Virus record (IMG/VR): IMGVR_UViG_3300046425_000466
Span: 1-49,051 of that record
Origin: a virus
Taxonomy: Duplodnaviria; Caudoviricetes
Strand: one strand, 5' to 3'
Length of the DNA: 49,051 nucleotides
Shown: positions 19,664 to 27,317 of the stretch, piece after piece
How positions within the stretch are numbered: position 1 is the stretch's first letter
Layout of the letters: the number at the start of each line of letters is the position of its first letter
Program-made: the position numbers and the translations under genes
Notes under the pieces: generated by a model
What the model was told of the DNA's origin: nothing
The model's input: only the letters and a program-made list of their open reading frames with translations
The model's database searches: none

Positions 19664-21165
19664 CACTTACGCGCAACAATGTCATCAATACGAAGAATGG
19701 CTGTTGCAACTTCCGTGGCACTTGTGATGATTTGACGAACCAACATTGTAGGTTCAACAACACCTTCTTTGAATGTGTTGCAAACAGAACCAACGCCTTC
19801 ATCGTTGATGAACAGTCCGTGGTTAGACGGACAAGAGCGCAACTCCATGACAACATCAAGTGGGTCCATACCTGCATTCGCGGCAATAGCGGCAGGAACA
19901 ATCTCAAGAGAATCAGCATACGCTTCAAGGCACATACGCTCTCTTGCGCTCATTCCACTCTCCTTTTGAGCATGGTTGCGAACAGCAACAGATGCTTTGG
20001 ATAACGCCGCACCTCCACCTGCAAGAACACCATCTCCTGTGTCTTGCAAATACAGACAAGTCACACCAAGCGCGTCATCAAAGGCTCTTTCGTATTCATC
20101 AAGTGTTTGACGAGTAGCACCGCGAACAACCATTGTCACAACGCTTGCCTTTGGCACTATCACCGATACATAGTCAAGGTCGCCAATGCGCTCATTCTTG
20201 ACACACGATTTCTTGATTGGTTTAATCTCTTGATTTAGCGCGTCAGTGTAGTGATGATAACAAGGTTCACCTGTGATTCGTGTCAACGCATCCATGTCGG
20301 ATTGTTGAAGTCTGCTTACAACACCAACGCCCTTCTGCGATAAATACTTGACAACTGCTTCATGCACACCATCACGCACAAAGACGACATCACACAATTC
20401 AGCAATCTCTTGCGCGGCATGTCCAAGCATAGCCATTTCTTGTTGCTTGATTTGTTGAAGTTGAGCAGGGTCGGTCACTTGCATTTGAACTTCGGATAAG
20501 TCATATCCTTCAAGCCCACCATCAAGTAATAACATTCGCGCATCCTTGAATTGTTTTTCTGTTGGGATTGCAAAGTCTTTGTTTAGCACCAATCCTTCAT
20601 CGTAATACGAATCCTTCATTGAACCTCCTGCTTGAGTAATGATGCGAACTCGGTCCACATCTCCCTCAACAGCATTTGCAACTGCTACACACAACGATGC
20701 CGCGTCATCTAAATGACTTTCTGCGGCTTTACCTCGTAATGCTGTCTTCGCAATCGCAATCTCATCTCCTTCATTACCTTGTCCTTCAATAGCATTCATT
20801 GCAATATGACTTGCTGTATTGTATGCACGAACAACTGTTTGAGGGTGAATACCTCTCAACAGTAATCCTTCACTCAACGCAAGCATCTGTCCGCCAAGAA
20901 CAACAACACTCGTCGTTCCATCTTTACAGACCTGCTCTTGTGTTTGACTGATACCAACCATCATCTTCGCACCGGGATGCGCAGTGTCAAGTTCGCGCAA
21001 TATCGTTACGCCATCGTTTGTCACAATCGTATGTCCTTGTTCATCAACAAGCATCTTGTCCATACCCGCAGGACCGAGAGTTGACCTCACGGTTTCTGCG
21101 ATGTTTACTGCGGCTCGTATGTTGCTGATTTGGGCTTCTCTTCCATTTTTCCTTTCGTCTGTCAT
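19663..21165 (-). CDS. ths: Group II chaperonin (thermosome subunit, Cpn60/TCP-1 family)
   Basis: STLGPAGMDKML, VTNDGVTIL, DGTTSVVVL, RGAT..LDEYERAFDDA, GVVEP, SATEVATAILRIDD; ATG 21165 follows GGAGG. Confidence 0.95.
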   Translation of the reverse strand: MTDERKNGREAQISNIRAAVNIAETVRSTLGPAGMDKMLVDEQGHTIVTNDGVTILRELDTAHPGAKMMVGISQTQEQVCKDGTTSVVVLGGQMLALSEGLLLRGIHPQTVVRAYNTASHIAMNAIEGQGNEGDEIAIAKTALRGKAAESHLDDAASLCVAVANAVEGDVDRVRIITQAGGSMKDSYYDEGLVLNKDFAIPTEKQFKDARMLLLDGGLEGYDLSEVQMQVTDPAQLQQIKQQEMAMLGHAAQEIAELCDVVFVRDGVHEAVVKYLSQKGVGVVSRLQQSDMDALTRITGEPCYHHYTDALNQEIKPIKKSCVKNERIGDLDYVSVIVPKASVVTMVVRGATRQTLDEYERAFDDALGVTCLYLQDTGDGVLAGGGAALSKASVAVRNHAQKESGMSARERMCLEAYADSLEIVPAAIAANAGMDPLDVVMELRSCPSNHGLFINDEGVGSVCNTFKEGVVEPTMLVRQIITSATEVATAILRIDDIVARK

Positions 21166-21167
21166 GT

Positions 21168-21782
21168 CTATTCCTCCTTCCAAAGCACCTCAATATCTGT
21201 GATAATGCCGGAAACTGAATCTCTTGCTTTGACAACACCTTCGCGCTGTCCGTATTTGAATAGGTCAAAGTTCATCTTGCAATCCTCAAGACAATACTTC
21301 ATTACATCAATGAACTTCTTTTCTCTCCATGCAAGAGGCGCGTCTTCGGAATACATAATGGTCTTGCCTTTACCGAGAGTGTGTTTGCAAACATCGTCAA
21401 GCGGCACTCTTTGACCTCCGCTTGAACGAAGTGTCCATGAAGTGTCAATCAAATGAGCGTCGGCCTCTTTGATGAGAACACCTGCGTAGTGCATGTCAAG
21501 AGCATCACGAAGAATAGGCAAGTCAAATCCACGAATGTTGTGTCCGATGATTTTACCGCCGGACTCAATGTGCTTCTGCAAATGCTCTCCAAGTTCGCGC
21601 GGGTGCAATGGATGAACCATTGCATCTGCGACCATGACGGTATCTTCTTTGGAAAAGATGTGAGCGTTTTCTCCATCCCATGTCGCGACAACAACAGGCT
21701 CAAACAAATGTGTTTTATCCCAACCTCCAATCTCGTAAGAGTAGTTTGCTGTTTCAATATCCAATGCCATTATCTTACTCAC
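21168..21782 (-). CDS. DEDDy 3'-5' exonuclease (RNase H fold)
   Basis: ALDIET (ExoI), GHNIRGFD (ExoII), YCLED (ExoIII). Confidence 0.85.
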   Translation of the reverse strand: MSKIMALDIETANYSYEIGGWDKTHLFEPVVVATWDGENAHIFSKEDTVMVADAMVHPLHPRELGEHLQKHIESGGKIIGHNIRGFDLPILRDALDMHYAGVLIKEADAHLIDTSWTLRSSGGQRVPLDDVCKHTLGKGKTIMYSEDAPLAWREKKFIDVMKYCLEDCKMNFDLFKYGQREGVVKARDSVSGIITDIEVLWKEE

Positions 21783-21997
21783 TTGCTCAACTCCTTATTG
21801 TCTTCATCAAATGCTTTGTTCAATGCTTTATTCAGTTTTTCAATCGCTTCAACTCCACGCAATGCGTTTCCGGCAATGTCGGCTATGATACGAATTGTCG
21901 TGGCGGCACTCGGCATGTCTTCAAAGTCAAGTGAAACATCTCCACCTTCAAGGGTGTCAAGTATCTCACGAAGTATTGTCTTGTATTGTTCACTCAT
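21779..21997 (-). CDS. Hypothetical protein
   Basis: 72 aa; overlap-coupled on both sides; GGAGG RBS. Confidence 0.65.
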   Translation of the reverse strand: MSEQYKTILREILDTLEGGDVSLDFEDMPSAATTIRIIADIAGNALRGVEAIEKLNKALNKAFDEDNKELSK

Positions 21998-23424
21998 TGT
22001 GATGCCTCCTTGAATTGAATGTAAACTGCTTTGCCTACGCGCGCTGTTCTAAAGTTTACTTGGACCTTCTTGAATCGCTCATAGACAGCAGGTTTGCTTC
22101 TTCCCTGTTGCGAGCCATACTGTTCAAGTAATTGACTCTTGAGAACCCAACCCTCGCCTTTGCCTTCAATCTCAACTGCTTTGCAAACGCCGAATGCTTT
22201 TCTCCAACCGTCCATGACAGCCGCCTTTTCAGCCGCCTTAGCACCGACTTCAACTTCGGACTCAAGCCATAGAACAAGTTGCTCGTAAACATCGTAAAGG
22301 ACTTCGGTTGCCATCTCAACATCATCACCTGTGACAAGCCATTCCGCTTCAACACCAAGACCATCACGCATGACTCTCATCAAAGCGATGTGCGTCGCAA
22401 ACAGACAAGTGTATGAAAGAACATTGGGAATAAAGGAACACACTACATCACTCAAGTGCTTGTCCATTCCGCGCACTAAGGTGTAGTAGTTGTCAACTGA
22501 TTGCATAAGTTGTGGCTCAAACGATGGGTCAATGGTAAACATATCAAACATCATTGCGCGAGCAACTTCTTCTTTTTGATGCGGGGTCATGACTCCCCAC
22601 TCTTCGTGGGTGAGGTTGGCCTTCATGAGTAAGCGAGTTCTCACTTTCTCCTTGATGTGGATGAAGTGTTGAGCAATGTCTTCAACAGAAACAACCTTGT
22701 CAAGTTTATTCTTGAAGACACCGGACATTCGCTGTTCCGATACCATTTGCCTCATGTCATCGCTCCACGGTCGGTAAAGCAACAAGACACGCTGAAACAG
22801 ACCTTTGGTTAGAACATACTCCTTGACTCCCGCAGGAGGGAATGATGTTATCCAAAACGAAACGCGCGACTCGCATTCCACTTTTCCGTTCTTCATGTGT
22901 TTTGTCAGTGTGTTGCTGTGGCTACCGATGGCGTTCATCGCTTGTTGGAGATACAAGATGACTTCGGAAAAGAATTGCTTGGGGTTTGCTTGAAGAAGGA
23001 TAGACCCTTCATCAAAGTTCAAACACTTCTTTCCTGCAAGTAAGCCGGGCTTCTCAACGGTGACATATCCTCCGTCATCGTCTTTGATAGAGTCAATTGA
23101 GCCAATCAATGCCGAGTCTGTTCCACTCGTAAACATATCAATCTCAATCCCTGCTAATTTTGCTACTTCTCCTGTAAACTCCCACGCGATTGATTTACCC
23201 GAACGGGTCGCTTGAATCCAAAACACATGTATTCGGGGGTCAAGCGCGCTCGCCCAAACGGGTATTCGCACTTCATCAACAAGGGCTTGGCCTTGCAGAT
23301 AGAAGAAGGACATGAGGCCGGGGACTTCGTTGAAAAACGATGTCGTCCTAAACCTCTCAAGATAATCCTTCATCATGGGGTATTCTTTCACTACGCTATA
23401 TTGGTTCCATTGTCTTTGGGGCAT
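21994..23424 (-). CDS. MCM-like AAA+ ATPase (putative replicative helicase)
   Basis: Walker A variant QATRSGKS; TSGTDSALIG..KPGLLAGKKCLNFDEG (MCM-type Walker B region); LQQAMN; GLFQR arginine finger. Confidence 0.7.
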   Translation of the reverse strand: MPQRQWNQYSVVKEYPMMKDYLERFRTTSFFNEVPGLMSFFYLQGQALVDEVRIPVWASALDPRIHVFWIQATRSGKSIAWEFTGEVAKLAGIEIDMFTSGTDSALIGSIDSIKDDDGGYVTVEKPGLLAGKKCLNFDEGSILLQANPKQFFSEVILYLQQAMNAIGSHSNTLTKHMKNGKVECESRVSFWITSFPPAGVKEYVLTKGLFQRVLLLYRPWSDDMRQMVSEQRMSGVFKNKLDKVVSVEDIAQHFIHIKEKVRTRLLMKANLTHEEWGVMTPHQKEEVARAMMFDMFTIDPSFEPQLMQSVDNYYTLVRGMDKHLSDVVCSFIPNVLSYTCLFATHIALMRVMRDGLGVEAEWLVTGDDVEMATEVLYDVYEQLVLWLESEVEVGAKAAEKAAVMDGWRKAFGVCKAVEIEGKGEGWVLKSQLLEQYGSQQGRSKPAVYERFKKVQVNFRTARVGKAVYIQFKEASQ

Positions 23425-23489
23425 GTTTGTTTCACTTCCATTTTTGGCCGACAGTTTCGGCGGGGCTAATCCACCGTGGTCATAATCAG

Positions 23490-23540
23490 CCTATAACCAT
23501 TATTGTTTTCTCGTTTATTGCTATTGTATAATAACAATAA
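23490..23540 (-). promoter_or_regulatory. AT-rich intergenic regulatory element/promoter upstream of MCM-like operon
   Basis: GGTTATAG on the - strand, repeated TATTG/CAATA, and a motif shared with 34430-34459. Confidence 0.5.
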
Positions 23541-24239
23541 TTAACGCGTCTTTTCAACACGAACTTCTTCTTCACTTGTGAGTGCTTCAATGACGCGGTT
23601 GCGCAAAGTTTTCCCCATTCGGGGAACATCTCTCAAGCATTCTCCACACGCGGCTTCTTCAATTGAGCCACATGCTTTGATGATGGCATCGGCCATTTCT
23701 GCACCGACACCGGGAATAGTCAAAAGCATATCAACGCGCACATCGTTTGTGCTTACTCGCCTAACGGCTTGTGCGCCATGTCTGCTTGCTTTTTTGTAGG
23801 TCTTCTCATGAAGAGCGACCATAAATTGTGCCGCTTCTCCCACATTAGGAGCGCGATACACAAGGCATCCAAAGTCGGCAACAATCCGACCGAGGAATCC
23901 TGTCATTTGTTTCAGTGCCGCGCTGTGTGTAATCGTTGCACCTCTTGCTTGTGCGTGACGAACATAATCATTGATGTCGCCCCACACTACAAGTCCGAAG
24001 TTTCCTGCATTGGCATCCATATTGTCAAGTTGCCTCATCAAGTGTCCGTTCCTCATTGATTGCATCAAGTCATCAACGGACTTTGCTTCAACCAACCACT
24101 CACCACACTTGTAATCACCATTGACAAGTTTCTCTTTTGACACAGGTATTCTTGGAGAGCGTGATTTCGCGCGTCGTTCAATCGCATCGGGTAGGCGACC
24201 TCTTTCGTTTGTATCAATCACAAGGGGATTCATCAGCAT
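23541..24239 (-). CDS. ERCC4/XPF-family nuclease with HhH domain
   Basis: LVIDTNE, GDY, VEAKSVDDL..S..G.L..QL, LLTIPGVG and VPRMG HhH motifs. Confidence 0.88.
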   Translation of the reverse strand: MLMNPLVIDTNERGRLPDAIERRAKSRSPRIPVSKEKLVNGDYKCGEWLVEAKSVDDLMQSMRNGHLMRQLDNMDANAGNFGLVVWGDINDYVRHAQARGATITHSAALKQMTGFLGRIVADFGCLVYRAPNVGEAAQFMVALHEKTYKKASRHGAQAVRRVSTNDVRVDMLLTIPGVGAEMADAIIKACGSIEEAACGECLRDVPRMGKTLRNRVIEALTSEEEVRVEKTR

Positions 24240-24571
24240 TCGCTCCCTATGTGGTCGGGCAATTTTTGCGCTCTTCTGTATTGCGCATGATTCTTCCCCG
24301 GTTTTCTGTATTCCACAAGACCTTGCCTTTTGAGTTGAGTTAGAAATGTTCTAACTTCCGGCGTTGTCATTGAGCCTCTTAGTTGAGGGGTCATGTATTT
24401 GATAAGTTGACGCGGTGTTCTCCATCGCTCGTCAAGATTAAGTAATAACTCAATGTAAATTGAATCCATCCATTGCTTGTCAAGTGTATCGTTTTTCACA
24501 TGCTCGGTTGTTGTTATCTTGATACCTTTCAACATACCATTAACTGTTTTGTATTCATATTTCTTAGTCAT
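24233..24571 (-). CDS. Putative winged-helix DNA-binding protein
   Basis: 112 aa; WRTPRQL..TTPEVRTFLTQLKRQGLVEYR..QYRR. Confidence 0.55.
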   Translation of the reverse strand: MTKKYEYKTVNGMLKGIKITTTEHVKNDTLDKQWMDSIYIELLLNLDERWRTPRQLIKYMTPQLRGSMTTPEVRTFLTQLKRQGLVEYRKPGKNHAQYRRAQKLPDHIGSEC

Positions 24572-24686
24572 TTGAAATCACCTTGAGTATAAGATGCAGT
24601 GGAAGCATCAGTAAAAGTAGCGGAGGTAGCACTATGAGAAAGAAAACAGCCATAAGAACTTCGGTCCATTTAATCGCCTCCTTCAT
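24564..24686 (-). CDS. Small hydrophobic ORF (40 aa, not in ORF track)
   Basis: MKEAIKWTEVLMAVFFLIVLPPLLLLMLPLHLILKVISND*; fills the gap between the primase and wHTH genes. Confidence 0.4.
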   Translation of the reverse strand: MKEAIKWTEVLMAVFFLIVLPPLLLLMLPLHLILKVISND

Positions 24687-25755
24687 CGTGTTCGCCCGTC
24701 CCGTCCCAAAGTTGACACTTACCTATGCACAATCCTTTGCTCATCAAACTTGCGCACGACTCTTGATAACCACCATCAACAATTGTCTTGGTGTGATACT
24801 TGGTAGTGTTTTCATCAAAGTCAGCCCATTGCAACTTCTCAATAAAGTCAGCAATAGTAAGCACATGCTTCTCGCGCATCTCGGCAGTGGTTCTGCTCAC
24901 ATGCAAAAAGTTGCGTAGTCGCGAACCAAGATAGATAACAAGACTTGCGCGACTTACATGAGGTGGGTTGCTACCCACTTGGCAAGCCGCTTCCATGAGG
25001 CATGGTAGGATTTTGATTTTACCCATTGATACAGTGTCAAAGTCAATTGGTTCTCCGCCTTCTGTTCGGAAACTCTTCTTCTTCACTTCGCTGATTGGTA
25101 GGTTGATTCCGTTTTCACCGTAGTAGTAAGACTTGTTCAATGGCTCGTATGCCATTTCGCAAATCTCGTCCCAACTCAAGGTGAGGTCTTTGGTAGTGAG
25201 AGGAATGCTCCAACGCAGAACATGTTGCTTCGCATTGTATGAATTGGGAATGCGTATCATACGCGCCATATCAAACGGCACTGTGGGGTCCATGCAATAC
25301 AACTCCATGTCCTTCTTCCAAGCATTGATGACTTTACGCCCCGCCGCTTTGATGTGCGATACCTCAATACCACTTGAAGGAAGATGCGTCTTGTCAAGAG
25401 CAATCCAAATATGAAATCCATTACCACTAAACCAAACACCATGCTTGATGTTATGCTCAAGAAGATACTCATGCAACCGAGCAACTTGGTCCACAACCTC
25501 ATCACCTTCAACTTCAATCATTTCGCTACCCTTGCGATATTTCTTGTCAAAGTCTAAAACAAAGTTGTTGACAATAGCAGTGTTGTATTCTGCGCGACGA
25601 CCATTGGGCTTTACTGCTCGGAAAGAATATACCGACATGTATGCACACTGCGCATGTCGCAACGCTTGCCAATACTTCTCAAACTCGGTTTGAGAATGAA
25701 TGATTTTTCGGAACAATCCAACTTCTTTAGGGAACTGCAAGTTGAGAACACTCAC
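24670..25755 (-). CDS. Archaeo-eukaryotic primase, PriS-PriL(CTD) fusion
   Basis: AEP motifs FVLDFD, FSGNGFH and D..RMIRIPNSYNAK; C-terminal LPC..H..R..Y.ESC..L..KGLCIGKC resembles the PriL Fe-S domain. Confidence 0.88.
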   Translation of the reverse strand: MSVLNLQFPKEVGLFRKIIHSQTEFEKYWQALRHAQCAYMSVYSFRAVKPNGRRAEYNTAIVNNFVLDFDKKYRKGSEMIEVEGDEVVDQVARLHEYLLEHNIKHGVWFSGNGFHIWIALDKTHLPSSGIEVSHIKAAGRKVINAWKKDMELYCMDPTVPFDMARMIRIPNSYNAKQHVLRWSIPLTTKDLTLSWDEICEMAYEPLNKSYYYGENGINLPISEVKKKSFRTEGGEPIDFDTVSMGKIKILPCLMEAACQVGSNPPHVSRASLVIYLGSRLRNFLHVSRTTAEMREKHVLTIADFIEKLQWADFDENTTKYHTKTIVDGGYQESCASLMSKGLCIGKCQLWDGTGEHDEGGD

Positions 25756-25895
25756 TTACTACCCTCCTCAAATCTCATTCCGGCTGTAATAGCAAACTCA
25801 AGCACTTTATCAATGCATTGAAAACAAGCAACACGCCTTGCATGACGCATACCACTATTCGTTTTAGAACCACACAACTCACACTCCTTCGTCAC
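25752..25895 (-). CDS. Small C4 Zn-finger protein (47 aa, not in ORF track)
   Basis: GTG start with GTGA coupling on both sides; CELC...ACFQC. Confidence 0.6.
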   Translation of the reverse strand: MTKECELCGSKTNSGMRHARRVACFQCIDKVLEFAITAGMRFEEGSK

Positions 25896-26806
25896 TGCGC
25901 ATCACCAATCGGTATAGCATACTTCGGACATAGAGCCATGAGCGAACACCAAGAACACTTGAAGTCTTGAGTGGTCGGTGGGAAATGTTCGTCAAGATAC
26001 ATTTTGATTAGGTCGCGCATTAGTTTCATCATACTTCTCTCACTCACTGTCTTCACAGGTTCAATTGTCCAATGGTCTGCGGCTGAATATCTCCAACCCC
26101 AATGAGTCACCGCGCGGTCAATACCTTTCTCTTTGAGAAAATCTCTATCTGCATTCTCAATCAAGAACTTGTAGTAGGACATCTCTTTGCGCATGTTAGA
26201 CAACTTGTTGTCCTTCCACTTGCCGGTCTTCAACTCAAACAAAAGAAGTCCACCATCTTCTGCTTCAAACACGCGGTCAATGATGCCAACAAACTGAACA
26301 GGGATTGTGCCATAGCCGGGAACTTCAACTTCTCGCTTGACTTCAATCCGAACTTCGTTAGCCAATGGCATAGGAGTGTTAGACAATGCTATACGCGCGC
26401 TCTCGTAATTCATTAACCAAGCCATGTTGCGATTGTAGTCATCATCATAGAAGGGGAACTCCTTGTTCTCATCTCTTCTGTTGCTCACAATCTCATCTTT
26501 TGACGGAATCATTTTACTCAACACTTTAGCAATGCTTGCGCCGGATTTAGCCTGTCTATGCAATGACTCGTAATCTGCCAAAGCAAGTTTGTCATAGAAC
26601 ATCTCAAGACCATTATGCACATCATCTCCAACAACAAGATGCTTTACCAACTCTTGTGGTTGTGGATAGTTTTGTTCAATCCACATCTGCTGTGCGCACC
26701 ATAGAGGCGAAGTAAGTGTTGACTTACTCATGCGAATTACAATTCCTTCTTCACCCATTTTTGGAGTCCAAGCATAACTTGAACCATCGTCGTATATCTT
26801 AACCAT
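25892..26806 (-). CDS. Cas4-like/PD-(D/E)XK RecB-family nuclease
   Basis: C..G..VH..LE, GIIDRV, FELKTGK, C-terminal CSWC..LCP. Confidence 0.85.
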   Translation of the reverse strand: MVKIYDDGSSYAWTPKMGEEGIVIRMSKSTLTSPLWCAQQMWIEQNYPQPQELVKHLVVGDDVHNGLEMFYDKLALADYESLHRQAKSGASIAKVLSKMIPSKDEIVSNRRDENKEFPFYDDDYNRNMAWLMNYESARIALSNTPMPLANEVRIEVKREVEVPGYGTIPVQFVGIIDRVFEAEDGGLLLFELKTGKWKDNKLSNMRKEMSYYKFLIENADRDFLKEKGIDRAVTHWGWRYSAADHWTIEPVKTVSERSMMKLMRDLIKMYLDEHFPPTTQDFKCSWCSLMALCPKYAIPIGDAQ

Positions 26807-27071
26807 CTTCTAAACACTCCTTACAAGTCTGCTCTTTGTCATTGTCCATAGCCACATCAACCTTTTCATCGGTATGCTCAACTCCGCATTCTTTGCACAA
26901 GAATAACGCGCAGTTGTTAGTATCGCAATTACCAACAAGATGTTGTTTGTCGTGAAGGTTATGCTCGCACCAACAATCGCAACCGTCGCTACTGTGGCAA
27001 CCACATTGTAGTTTCGGGTCGTGGTAGTCATCGTATGCTCCCCAATCCATACCGGGAGGGTAGTTATCCAT
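26799..27071 (-). CDS. Cys/His-rich metal-binding protein
   Basis: 90 aa; CGCH..CDCWCEH..C..C..CKEC..CKEC. Confidence 0.65.
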   Translation of the reverse strand: MDNYPPGMDWGAYDDYHDPKLQCGCHSSDGCDCWCEHNLHDKQHLVGNCDTNNCALFLCKECGVEHTDEKVDVAMDNDKEQTCKECLEDG

Positions 27072-27311
27072 TCAGTTCATCCCCACTCTTGTCGGCGCGT
27101 GAATCTTGTTGATGAAATATAGGTCGGGCATCGCTCGTTGCAACTCTTCTTGCAACTCACAGATTGCGCGCGCTAATTTTCCATCGCTCACCAAGTCTTC
27201 TTCAATCTCGGCAATCCGGCGTTCCTTGTGTTCAAGGGTCTGCTCAAGATGTGCTACTCGCTCTTTCAGTTCTTCAATTTCGGTTTTCATTTCTTTTATT
27301 TCGTCAGTCAT
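27072..27311 (-). CDS. Small coiled-coil protein
   Basis: 79 aa with a heptad pattern. Confidence 0.65.
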   Translation of the reverse strand: MTDEIKEMKTEIEELKERVAHLEQTLEHKERRIAEIEEDLVSDGKLARAICELQEELQRAMPDLYFINKIHAPTRVGMN

Positions 27312-27317
27312 TTTACA

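Noticed and set aside
25892-26806. Cas4-like gene as evidence of a CRISPR system or casposon
   Set aside because: No repeat-spacer array, cas1 or terminal inverted repeats seen; solo Cas4-like nucleases beside polB are usual in archaeal viruses
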